64,000 bases of DNA from an uncultured Actinomycetota bacterium (GTDB lineage: Bacteria > Actinomycetota > Actinomycetes > Actinomycetales > Dermatophilaceae), in assembly GCA_963751385.1 (NCBI GenBank), contig CAVVUD010000010.1, forward strand, positions 54-64,053. The letters run 5' to 3'. Numbering within the stretch: position 1 is the stretch's first letter; each line of letters opens with the position of its first letter. Under the pieces are notes generated by a model. It made no database searches. It had not been told where the DNA came from and was given only the letters and a program-made list of their open reading frames with translations. The position numbers were made by a program, and so were the translations under genes. Shown piece by piece: positions 51,141-64,000 of this stretch.

Positions 51141-51256
51141 GGAAGAACGCCACCGCGAAGCCGAACACGGTGAGCAGGCCGACCAGCCGGCCCCAGGAGG
51201 GCGCCGACGAGCAGGGCGCCACCACCGACGAACCCCCACCACGCGGCCTCGAGCAC
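51127..51256 (-). pseudogene. Internally deleted ZIP/ZupT-type transporter remnant
   Basis: N-terminus MLEAAWWGFVGGGALLVGALLG joined out of frame to C-terminus GRLVGLLTVFGFAVAFFLSAA*. Confidence 0.55.
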
Positions 51257-51355
51257 GGCCCAAACCTACTGGCGCGGCATCCCGGGCACGACACGGCCTA
51301 CTGCTGTATCCGCATGTATGCCGTGAACGCTAGAGAGGCCGTATAGCCTCCGATC

Positions 51356-52554
51356 GTGGACCCGATCCGGAACCCCTACGCCCCGGGCGCGGGCCAGCGC
51401 CCGCCCGAGCTCGCCGGCCGCGACGACCAGCTGGACGCGTTCGACGTCGTGCTGGAGCGGGTGGCCCGCGGCAGGCCCGAGCGCTCGATCGTGCTGACGG
51501 GGCTGCGCGGCGTCGGCAAGACCGTGCTGCTCAACGCGCTGCGGTCGGCGGCGGTGCGCGCCGGCTGGGGCACCGGCAAGCTCGAGGCCCGGCCCGACCA
51601 GTCGCTGCGCCGGCCGCTCGCTGCGGCCTGCACAACGCGGTGCGCGAGCTCGGGCCGGCCGGCGGTGCGGGCGACTCCGTGCTCGGCATGGTCAAGGCGT
51701 TCGCGCTGCGCGCCGGCAGGTGCCGGCCGAGGTCCGCAAGCTGCGCGACCGCTGGAACCCGGGGATCAACGTGCCGGCCATGACCGGTCGGGCGGACTCC
51801 GGCGACATCGAGATCGATCTCGTCGAGCTGCTCTCCGACCTCGGTGGCGCTGCGGCCGACGCCGGTCGTGGCGTCGCCATGTTCATCGACGAGATGCAGG
51901 ATCTCGTGCCCGACGACGTGTCCGCGCTGTGCGCCGCCTGCCACGAGATCTCGCAGTCGGGGCTGCCGATCATCGTCGTCGGTGCCGGGCTGCCTCACCT
52001 GCCGGCCGTGCTCTCGGCGTCGAAGTCGTACTCGGAGCGGCTGTTTCGGTACTCCCGCATCGACCGGCTCGACCGCGCGGCCGCCGATGTCGCGCTCGCC
52101 GTGCCCGCCGGGGACGAGGGCGCGGACTTCGCCCGCGCCGCGCTCGACGCGATGTACGCGGCCACCGGCGGCTACCCCTACTTCATCCAGGCGTACGGCA
52201 AGGTGGTCTGGGACCTGGCCCCGGCATCCCCCATGACCGCCGACGACGTGGCCGTGGCGGCGCCGGAGGCGGAGTCCGAGCTGGCCGTCGGGCTTCTTCG
52301 GCTCGCGCTTCGAGCGGGCCACGCCGGGGAGCGCGAGTACCTGCGCGCGATGGCCGACGTCGCGGTCGAGGCTGGGCGACGAGACGGATGCCGTGCCCAC
52401 CGCTGACGTCGCGGCCCACCTCGCGCGCAAGCCGCAGTCGCTGTCCCCGGCGCGTGACGCCCTGCTCAAGAAGGGGCTGATCTACTCCGGTGAGCGCGGT
52501 CGGATCGCGTTCACCGTGCCGCACTTCGGCCGCTACCTGCGCGAGCACGCCTGA
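51356..52554 (+). CDS. AAA+ ATP-binding protein (conserved actinobacterial); about 3 frameshifts
   Basis: NPYAPGAG, GLRGVGKT, FIDEMQ, SYSERLF, GGYPYFIQ, FTVPHFG. Confidence 0.85.
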
Positions 52555-52670
52555 TTTCGTCGCAACCTCCGCGCGGTACGGCCTCGGTGAGCGATGATTC
52601 GCCCGGTTGGACGGTGTCCGGCCACGGACGACGGCGTCCACGGGTAGGACGCCGGGACAGGAGCCGATCG

Positions 52671-54023
<1,353 letters not shown>

Positions 54024-54027
<4 letters not shown>

Positions 54028-55280
54028 CCATGCCCGTGCCGCCGGCGGCTCGCGCGCTGGCGGAGCCGACGGAGAAGGTCTCCCGGCTGTGGGTGAGCTG
54101 GCTGGTGCTGGCCAGCATCGGGCTGTGGTCGGGCTTCTTCGGCCCCATCCAGGTGCTGCTCGCCCAGCAGTCCGAGGCCATCTCGCCCGACCACAAGGCG
54201 GCGGTCCTCTCCCTCGTCACCGGCGTCGGTGCTCTCGTCTCGACGGTGCTCAACCCGGTGTGGGGCGCCTTCTCCGACCGCACCACGCTGCGGGCGGGGC
54301 GTCGCCTGCCGTGGGTGCTCGGCGGCGCCGCGGGCGGGGCGGTGGCCATGCTGCTGCTCTCGGGGGCCGACTCGGTCTGGCGGCTCGTGCTCGCGTGGGC
54401 CCTGGCCCAGGCCTCGCTCAACGCGATGCTCGCCGCCATCACCGCCACCGTGCCCGACCAGGTGCCGGTGGGCGAGCGCGGCGTCGTGGGCGGTGTGCTC
54501 GCCATCGCCCAGACCGCGGGGGTCATCGTCGGGTCGGGGATCGCGGCGGTGACCGGCAGCATCGCCGCCGGCTACCTCACCATCGCGGTGGTGCTGCTCG
54601 TCACGACGCTGCCGTACGCCCTGAGCTCGCGCGACATCCCGCTGCCGGTCGAGCTGCGTCCGGAGCTCCGGTGGGGGGCGTTCGTGCGCAGCTTCTGGGT
54701 GTCTCCGCGCCAGTACCCGGACTTCGGCTGGGCCTGGATCACCCGCTTCCTCATGAACCTCGGCAACGCGATCCTCATCCTCTACCTGCTCTACTACCTC
54801 AAGGACGAGGTCAACCTCTCCGACGCCGCCGCCGAGGACGCGGTGTTCACGCTCACCGCCGTGTACGGCCTGGTCACCGTCGTCACCGCGCTGGTCGGCG
54901 GCTGGTGGTCCGACCGGCTCGGCCGGCGCAAGCCGCTCGTCATCTGGTCGGGCCTGATCGCCGCGGCGGCGCTGATGACCTTCGCGTTCGTCCACACGAT
55001 GGCGGCCGCCTACGTCGGGGCGGTCGTGCTCGGCATCGGCTTCGGTGCGTACACGGCCGTCGACTTCGCCCTGATCACCCAGGTGCTGCCGGGTGCGGCG
55101 GACCGCGCCAAGGACCTCGGCGTCATCAACATCGCCAACGCGCTGCCGCAGGTGCTCGCGCCGGTGCTCGCCGCCGCGGTGCTCGGGCTGGGACTGGGCT
55201 ACCCGGGCCTGTACCTGCTGGCCGCCGGTGCGAGCGTGCTCGGCTCGGTCCTCGTCACCCGGATCAGGTCCGTCGACTGA
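54024..55280 (+). CDS. MFS sugar transporter
   Basis: FSDRT..GRRLPW, WSDRLGRRK, AKDLGVINIA; GTGA overlap with GH1. Confidence 0.88.
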
Positions 55281-55304
55281 CCGCGCCGGGGCGGGCCGCC
55301 GGCA

Positions 55305-57545
55305 TCACCCACTCGTGAGGACGACGAGCCGCTGGGTGGCGCGCGTCATCGCCACGTAGCGGTCGACGGCCCCGGTGATGCCGTCGCCGAACTCCTGCGG
55401 GTCGACGAGCACGACGAGGTCGAACTCGAGCCCCTTGGCGAACGCCGGGGGCAGAGAGCTGACCCGCTCGGTCGCCCGGAGGCTCGGGTCACCGATGACG
55501 CACGCGATGCCCTCCGGGTGCGCCGCCAGCCAGTCGTCGAGGACGGCGTCGCGCTCGGAGACCGCGCCGTGGTGCACCACCTCGGCGGTGCGCCGGATCG
55601 AGGTCGGCACGTTCGCGTCCGGCAGCACCGCGCGGATCACGGGCTCGGCCTCGAGCATGACCGCCTCCGGCGTGCGGTAGTTGACGTCGAGCGTGGCCAG
55701 CGCGAGCCGGTCGAGCCCGACCCGCGCGAGGCGCTCCTGCCAGGTCTCGGTGAACCCGTGCCTGGCCTGGGCCCGGTCCCCGACGATCGTCAGGCTGCGC
55801 GACGGGCATCGGGCCAGCAGCATCCGCCACTCGGCGTCGGTCAGCTCCTGCGCCTCGTCGACGACGACGTGCGCGAACGGCCCGGCGAGCCGGTCGGCGT
55901 CGGTGCCCGGCACGGCATCCTCGTCGACCAGCGCCGCCGTCAGGTCCTGGCCGCGCAGCATCGACATCACCCGCATCTCGGAGTCGTCGGTCGCGATGAG
56001 GTCGGCGACGACGTCGGCCATCCGTTCGCGGTCGGCAGCGTCGGCGGCCTGCCGCCGGGCCCGGCGACGCGACGCCGCGGGGTCGCCCAGGCGGCGCCGC
56101 GCCGCGTCGAGCAGCGGCAGGTCCGACACGGTCCAGGCGCTCGCGTCCTCGCGCTGCAGCGCCAGCACCTCCTCGCGCTCGAGCCAGGGCGCGCACCGTC
56201 GCAGGTAGGCCGGCACCGACCACAGGTCGCCGACGAGGTCGGTCGGCTCGAGCAGGGGCCACGCCCGGCCGAAGGCGTCCGCCAGGTCCTCGTTCGCGAC
56301 GAGCGCACGGCGGAAGCGCTCGTCGGGGTCCGGCGCGGTCAGGCCGTAGGCGTCGAAGTCGTCGCCGGCACCGTCTGCGCCCCACCCGGGGCCCACCTCC
56401 TCGCCCTCGGCTTCGCCCGTCTCGTCCCGCAGCTTGTCCACGAGGATGCCGAGCAGCGCCTCCCAGACGGTGTCACGGCTCTCGTTGTGCGCGGCGCCGG
56501 GCTCCGGGCTGTCGAAGGCCTCAGCCCAGTCGGTGGGGCCGAGCCATACGTCACCCCAGGGCGTCTCGACCTCCATGCCCTGCTCCGGTGGCTCCTCGTA
56601 GAGGCCCACGGCCGGCTCGACGGCGTCGACCAGGCGTGCGTCGGCCTTGAGCCGGGCCACCTCCGGGTCGGGTTCGTCGGCAGCGGTGGCACCCTCCGGC
56701 ACGAGGTCGCGCAGGGTGCAGGTCTGCACGCCCTCCTCGCCGAGGCTGGGCAGCACGTCGGAGACGTAGGCGAGGTAGGGCTGGTGCGGGCCGACGAAGA
56801 GCACGCCGCCCATCCGGTGCCCGAGGCGCGGGTCGGAGTACAGCAGGTAGGCGGTGCGGTGCAGGGCCACGACGGTCTTGCCCGTGCCGGGCCCGCCCTC
56901 GACCACGAGCGCCCCCCTCGACCCGGCCCGGATGATCGCGTCCTGGTCGGCCTGGATCGTGGCGAGCACGTCGCGCATCCGGGGTGATCTGCTGCTGCCG
57001 AGGCTGGCGATGAAGGCGGACTGGTCGTCGAGCGCGGCCGCGTGCCCGGTGAACGCGTCGGGTGTGAACACCTCGTCCCAGTAGTCGCTGACCCGACCGC
57101 CGGCCCAGCGGTAGCGCCGGCGGCTCACCAGGCCCATCGGGTTGGCATGGGTCGCACCGAAGAACGGCTCGGCCGCGGGTGAGCGCCAGTCGACGAGCAG
57201 CGGCCTGCCGTCGCGGTCCCGGAGCCCGAGGCGTCCGACGTACACCGGCTCGGGGTCGTCGGCGTGCACGACGTGTCCGAGGCAGAGGTCGAGCCCGTAG
57301 CGACGCAGCGTGCGCAGGCGCGCGGTCAGCCGGTGCACCTCGAGGTCACGGTCGAGGGCAGCCTGCCCGGTGCCGGCGGGAGTCCGCCGGGCCGCGTCGA
57401 GGCGGTCGGACAGGTCGGCGACCGACGACCGCAGGCAGTGCTCGATCGCGGCGAAGTGCCGCTCGTCCCCGGCGAGCAGCATCGGGTCGGCCTTGGGGGC
57501 CAGGTGCTCGGGAAGGTCGAACGCACTCGTGGTGGAGGGGTTCAC
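55305..57545 (-). CDS. helR: RNA polymerase recycling ATPase HelR (rifamycin resistance)
   Basis: SAFDLPEHLAPKADP N-terminus, DWRSPAA, GGPGTGKT, DEAQE, GDRAQ, KGLEFD, YVAMTRAT; RAE upstream. Confidence 0.9.
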   Translation of the reverse strand: MNPSTTSAFDLPEHLAPKADPMLLAGDERHFAAIEHCLRSSVADLSDRLDAARRTPAGTGQAALDRDLEVHRLTARLRTLRRYGLDLCLGHVVHADDPEPVYVGRLGLRDRDGRPLLVDWRSPAAEPFFGATHANPMGLVSRRRYRWAGGRVSDYWDEVFTPDAFTGHAAALDDQSAFIASLGSSRSPRMRDVLATIQADQDAIIRAGSRGALVVEGGPGTGKTVVALHRTAYLLYSDPRLGHRMGGVLFVGPHQPYLAYVSDVLPSLGEEGVQTCTLRDLVPEGATAADEPDPEVARLKADARLVDAVEPAVGLYEEPPEQGMEVETPWGDVWLGPTDWAEAFDSPEPGAAHNESRDTVWEALLGILVDKLRDETGEAEGEEVGPGWGADGAGDDFDAYGLTAPDPDERFRRALVANEDLADAFGRAWPLLEPTDLVGDLWSVPAYLRRCAPWLEREEVLALQREDASAWTVSDLPLLDAARRRLGDPAASRRRARRQAADAADRERMADVVADLIATDDSEMRVMSMLRGQDLTAALVDEDAVPGTDADRLAGPFAHVVVDEAQELTDAEWRMLLARCPSRSLTIVGDRAQARHGFTETWQERLARVGLDRLALATLDVNYRTPEAVMLEAEPVIRAVLPDANVPTSIRRTAEVVHHGAVSERDAVLDDWLAAHPEGIACVIGDPSLRATERVSSLPPAFAKGLEFDLVVLVDPQEFGDGITGAVDRYVAMTRATQRLVVLTSG

Positions 57546-57624
57546 GTCGGGCTCCGATCCTGGGTCGTCGAGCCCGGTCCCCCCGTCGGGCCCGGCCTCG
57601 GCCCGCGATTCTTCGCCACGAGGG

Positions 57625-57643
57625 GGGCCTTGCCGCAAGCCCC
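57625..57643 (-). promoter_or_regulatory. Rifamycin-associated element (RAE)
   Basis: Minus strand reads GGGGCTTGCGGCAAGGCCC, the 19-bp RAE palindrome, about 80 bp upstream of helR. Confidence 0.9.
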
Positions 57644-57860
57644 CCAGTCGGCTATACCTTGGAGGCAGAGGGGGAGAGCGGTCGCTCTCCTCCTTCGTCG
57701 TGCGGCGCTCACCCCCCGCTCCCGGTCCGGCACCCGGAGTCGGGTGCTCAGGTGGTTGTGGGGGCAGCCGTTCCAGCACCCGACTCGGGTCGCACCGGCC
57801 CGCACCCACGTCGTTGCTGGTTGCCGGGCACCTGGCCCGCACACGTGGGCTGGACCTGTG

Positions 57861-60242
<2,382 letters not shown>

Positions 60243-60469
60243 CGCGTCTCTCCCTGTTGTCGGGCGGATGCCGTCGTGCGGCCTCCGCCGGCATCCGCGG
60301 CCCGCCCAGACTAGGCGGGACCACCCACGACGCGCTTCTCGGTTCCTGACTGCTGCCGAGCGAGTCTGGCCCGCGGTGCCGACGCGCGCGCCTCGACCAC
60401 CCGCTTCATCCCCCAGCATTCCCGGCGGTGCCCACGATGCGGGCAGGGCAGGACGCACGGCATCCACTA

Positions 60470-60496
60470 TGGATAACGTCCACTAACCGTTATCCA
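60470..60496. promoter_or_regulatory. Operator-like inverted repeat upstream of the peroxiredoxin gene
   Basis: TGGATAACG-N9-CGTTATCCA. Confidence 0.5.
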
Positions 60497-60511
60497 AACC
60501 AGGAGTGATTA

Positions 60512-61141
60512 ATGTCCATCCGCCTCGGTGACACCGCGCCCGACTTCACCGCAGAGACCACCGCCGGCCTGCTCTCCTTCCACGACTGGAAGCAGGGCTC
60601 CTGGGCGGTGCTGTTCAGCCACCCCGCCGACTTCACGCCGGTCTGCACCACCGAGCTGGGGCGCACCGCGGCGCTGTCCGGCGAGTTCGCGGCCCGCAAC
60701 GCCAAGCCGATCGCGATCTCGGTCGACTCGGTCGAGGACCACCACCGCTGGATCCCGGACATCGCCGAGGTCGCCGGGGTGCCGGTCGACTTCCCGATCA
60801 TCGCCGACCAGGACCGCGCCGTCGCGCAGGCCTACGACATGATCCACCCGGGCGAGGGTGACACCTCGACGGTGCGGTCGGTCTTCCTCGTCGACCCGAA
60901 CAACAAGGTGCGCCTCACCATCACGTACCCGAAGTCGGTGGGGCGCAACTTCGCCGAGATCCTGCGCGCGCTGGACGCCCTGCAGGCGACGGACGGCGCC
61001 CCCATCTCCACCCCGGCCGAGTGGACGCCCGGCGAGCGCGTCATCGTCGCGCCGACCATCTCCACCGCCGACGCGCAGCAGCGCTTCAAGAACGTCGACG
61101 AGGTCACGCCCTACCTGCGTTTCGCCGACGCTCCGGCCTGA
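60512..61141 (+). CDS. 1-Cys peroxiredoxin (Prx6)
   Basis: FSHPADFTPVCTTE, TVRSVF, YPKSVGRNF. Confidence 0.93.
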   Translation: MSIRLGDTAPDFTAETTAGLLSFHDWKQGSWAVLFSHPADFTPVCTTELGRTAALSGEFAARNAKPIAISVDSVEDHHRWIPDIAEVAGVPVDFPIIADQDRAVAQAYDMIHPGEGDTSTVRSVFLVDPNNKVRLTITYPKSVGRNFAEILRALDALQATDGAPISTPAEWTPGERVIVAPTISTADAQQRFKNVDEVTPYLRFADAPA

Positions 61142-61680
61142 GGTCGCGGGAGGCGGTGCACGACGACGTCGTGCACCGCACCCTCGCTCAGGACGCACGT
61201 CATCCAGGTGCAGCTCGGCTGCTGACGGCGGTCGGTGGGTGATCCCGGGTTGAGGAGCCTCAGACCGGAACAGGTTGTGTCCCAGGGGATGTGGCTGTGC
61301 CCGAAGACGAGCAGATCCGTGTCGGGGTAGGTGGCGCGCATCCGCTCCCCGCGGCGTTCCTTCCCCCCGGTCTCGTGCACCACGGCCACCCGCACCCCGC
61401 CGACGGTCGCGCGCGCGACCTCCGGCAGCCGGGCGCGCAGGTCGGCGCCGTCGTTGTTGCCCCAGCAGGCCAGCAACCGGCGACTGCGGGCCTCGAGCCG
61501 GTCGAGCGTGGCGAGGTCGACCCAGTCGCCGGCGTGCACCACGAGATCGGCGCGGTCGACCTCCTCCCACAGGGCGGCAGGGAGGTCCTTGGCGCGCAGC
61601 GGCAGGTGCGTGTCCGACATCAACAGCGTCCGGATGCCGTCGCCCGCCGCCCCCATGACCCCTCCGCCCACCGTGGTCAC
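61111..61680 (-). CDS. YfcE-like metallophosphoesterase
   Basis: SDTH, HAGD, GNND, FGHSH, NPGSPTDRR. Confidence 0.9.
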   Translation of the reverse strand: MTTVGGGVMGAAGDGIRTLLMSDTHLPLRAKDLPAALWEEVDRADLVVHAGDWVDLATLDRLEARSRRLLACWGNNDGADLRARLPEVARATVGGVRVAVVHETGGKERRGERMRATYPDTDLLVFGHSHIPWDTTCSGLRLLNPGSPTDRRQQPSCTWMTCVLSEGAVHDVVVHRLPRPQAGASAKRR

Positions 61681-61829
61681 CCCACGGTGCGCCGGGCGGT
61701 GGTGAGCCGGGTGAAGCGGCTCGCGGCGAGGGCGAACGTGAAGGTGGGCGCCGGCATGCGGTCAACCTACGGGCCCTGAGACGCGTGGTGTCGACCGTGG
61801 TCGGAGATGCTTCCCGGACCGGCGAGCCG

Positions 61830-63074
61830 TCAGAGGTGCAGCGCCGCTCGACGAGCCTCGAGGTACCGGCGCTCGGGCGTCTCGTGGGTCAGGGCGAGGG
61901 CGCGCTCGTAGGCCAGGGCCGCCTCGGCGTCGCGGCCGAGCCGAGAGAGCAGCTCGGCGCGGGTCGCCCAGGCGGGCTGGAACCGCACGGTGCGACCGGC
62001 ATCCGCGTCGAGCAGTGCCAGCCCGGAGGCCGGACCCTCCACCTCGGCGGTGACGGCCGCCAGCGCCGTGGTGCTGCCCAGGCTGGGGGCGACGACGGCC
62101 AGCGACCGGTGCAGCTCGAGCAGGGTCGGCCAGTCGGTGCGCCCGGTCTCGCGCCGCGCGCAGTGCACCGCCTGCACCGCCGCCTCGAGCTGGTAGCGGC
62201 CGACGACCCGGGCCGGGTGCGCAGCCCGAAGGTGCTCGTGGGCCCGGACGATGAGGCCGTCGTCCCAGAGCGTGGTGTCCTGCGAGGCGAGGGGGACGAA
62301 CCGGCCGTCCGCGCCCAGCCGGGCCGCTCGACGGGCGGCCGACAGCTCGACGAGGGCGGCCAGGCCGTGCACCTCCGGATCGTCGGGCACCAGCTCGGCG
62401 AGCACCTCGGCCAGGTGCAGCGCCTCGGGCGGGAGGTCGCGCTCGCCAGGCCCGGTCGACCACTCGATGACGTAGGCCGCGTACACGGCGGCGAGCACGG
62501 CATCCATCCGCTCGGGCAGGTGCGAGCGGTCGGGGAGCCGGAACGGGATCTGGTTGTCGCGGATGCGGCGCTTGGCGCGCACCAGCCGGGTCGCCATCGT
62601 GCGGGTGGGCACGGCGTAGCTGCGCCCGACCTGCTCTGCGGTGAAGCCGAGCACGGTGTTGAGCATGAGCGGCGTGCGGTCGCCGGCCGCGATGGCTGGG
62701 TGGGCGCAGACCAGCATCAGCTCGAGCCGTCGGTCGGGCACGGCATCGGGGTCGACCTCGTCGAGGTGGACCGGCGCGTGGGCGTCGGGGTCCAGCGCTG
62801 TGGTGCGGGTCGCCTCCGCCGAGCGCCAGCGGTCGCGTTGCCGGTTGCGAGCGACGGTGAGCAGCCAGGCGTCCGGGCGGTCGGGGATGCCGTCGACCGG
62901 CCAGGTGCGCAGGGCGCGTTCGAAGGCGTCAGCCAGGGCATCCTCGGCGCCGGCGATGTCGTGGGTGCCCGCCGCGAGGAGGGCGAGCAGCCGGCCGTAG
63001 CTGGTGCGGGCCGCGAGCTCGGCCCGCACCAGCGCAGCGCGGCCATGGGGTGCCGCCTCGAGCGGCTCGGTCAC
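61830..63074 (-). CDS. ECF sigma factor with TPR-like C-terminal extension (DUF6596-type)
   Basis: AEDALADAF..AL..WP, AWLLTVARN, LMLVCAHP, RLVRAKRRI, GRYQLEAA. Confidence 0.88.
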   Translation of the reverse strand: MTEPLEAAPHGRAALVRAELAARTSYGRLLALLAAGTHDIAGAEDALADAFERALRTWPVDGIPDRPDAWLLTVARNRQRDRWRSAEATRTTALDPDAHAPVHLDEVDPDAVPDRRLELMLVCAHPAIAAGDRTPLMLNTVLGFTAEQVGRSYAVPTRTMATRLVRAKRRIRDNQIPFRLPDRSHLPERMDAVLAAVYAAYVIEWSTGPGERDLPPEALHLAEVLAELVPDDPEVHGLAALVELSAARRAARLGADGRFVPLASQDTTLWDDGLIVRAHEHLRAAHPARVVGRYQLEAAVQAVHCARRETGRTDWPTLLELHRSLAVVAPSLGSTTALAAVTAEVEGPASGLALLDADAGRTVRFQPAWATRAELLSRLGRDAEAALAYERALALTHETPERRYLEARRAALHL

Positions 63075-63454
63075 AGCGGGCAGCTCGCCGTCCAGGTGCC
63101 GTCGATGAACGACGTGGAGGTGGCGCGTACCTCGATGACGCCGAACTGCGCGCCGGGGCACTTCTCGGCCCAGCCCAGAGCGGCGTCGAGATCGGGCACG
63201 TCGACGACGAAGACGCCGGCCAGCGCCTCTTTGGTCTCGGCGAACGGGCCGTCCTGCACCTCGAGCGAACCGCGGCGCAGGGTGAGGGTCGTGGTCGACG
63301 CCTGTGAGGTGAGCACCTCGGCGGCGACGAGCACGCCCGCCTCCTGCAGGGCCCGGCCGTAGGCGCCGAACGCCTCCTGGGTCTCCTGGATCGCCTCCTC
63401 GGGAATGGTGCCCGGCTCCGGCTCGGCGTAGTTCATGAGCAGCAGGTATCGCAT
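63071..63454 (-). CDS. YciI family protein
   Basis: MRYLLL, DGPFAETKEALAG, IEVR; coupled to the ECF sigma gene. Confidence 0.9.
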   Translation of the reverse strand: MRYLLLMNYAEPEPGTIPEEAIQETQEAFGAYGRALQEAGVLVAAEVLTSQASTTTLTLRRGSLEVQDGPFAETKEALAGVFVVDVPDLDAALGWAEKCPGAQFGVIEVRATSTSFIDGTWTASCPL

Positions 63455-63755
63455 CGCGGTCTCCTTCGGTTCGTGGTGTCGATGCTACGAACGAACGTCG
63501 CCCGGTTTCGGCGGCGGTCATCGTGATGACGATCGACGTGGCCTCGGATCGCCACCCTGCCGTGGGGGACTTCTCGGGCGGTTTGGGCCCGGGTGGCTTG
63601 AGGGTGTCCACCGGCCACGGCCTCCAAGGCCTGAGTACAGCGCACGCTCGAGGACCTGGGCCAGTCCCTGGCGCCCGATCGGCGCCCGATCGCGGACCCG
63701 GGCAAGACCCTGGCCCCGATCGGCGCCCCGGTCAGCGCTCCCATCTGGGCGTTCG

Positions 63756-64000
63756 TCAGAACGGTGGCGGGTCGTGGTCGTTGGGGCGTGGGTGGTGTCG
63801 GGCGTGGTGGGTGCGGCAGGGCCAGTGTTTGGTGGGGTCGATGTCGTCGGGCTCGACGTCGTCGGGGTCGAGGAGGGTGACGCCTTGGATGGGCAGGATC
63901 TCGGCGCGGTGTGGGCCGCGGTGGTCGCGCCAGATGGTCGAGGGCCGGGGCTGGTGGCCTGGTGGGGGTGCGGTGTGGTGTTCGAGGTGGTACTCGAGCT
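63756..64000 (-). CDS. 3' end of a probable DUF222/HNH endonuclease (13E12-like) gene
   Basis: C/A-rich coding strand with a His/Pro-rich tail ending DHDPPPF*; runs off the window edge. Confidence 0.5.
   Translation of the reverse strand, partial: LEYHLEHHTAPPPGHQPRPSTIWRDHRGPHRAEILPIQGVTLLDPDDVEPDDIDPTKHWPCRTHHARHHPRPNDHDPPPF

Overview
High-GC actinobacterial chromosome segment, probably Micrococcales (Intrasporangiaceae-like; inferred from gene content and order). It lies near oriC, judging by the conserved ppiA-rhomboid-crgA-DUF881-sortase-trpG-pknB-pbpA-rodA-pstP-fhaB-fhaA-tRNA-Leu block and a DnaA-box cluster. Left to right it holds: a beta-1,2-glucan phosphorylase/GH3 pair, the cell-division and signalling block, an IdeR-boxed bfd-bfr operon, a Ski2-like helicase, an ExeM/NucH nuclease, an IclR-regulated ring-cleavage/CoA-transferase/lyase/amidohydrolase cluster of unknown substrate, a DEAD-box helicase, GH1-MFS, RAE-controlled helR beside a UvrA-like gene, a peroxiredoxin, a YciI-ECF sigma pair and the 3' end of a DUF222/HNH-type gene. 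Many genes carry single-base frameshifts that look like long-read indel errors. The most striking unexplained signal is the non-palindromic octamer GGATGCCG/CGGCATCC. It occurs about once per kb on both strands, forces rare codons, and forms inverted pairs, as DNA-uptake or HIP-type sequences do. All calls come from motif recognition by eye; no searches were run.
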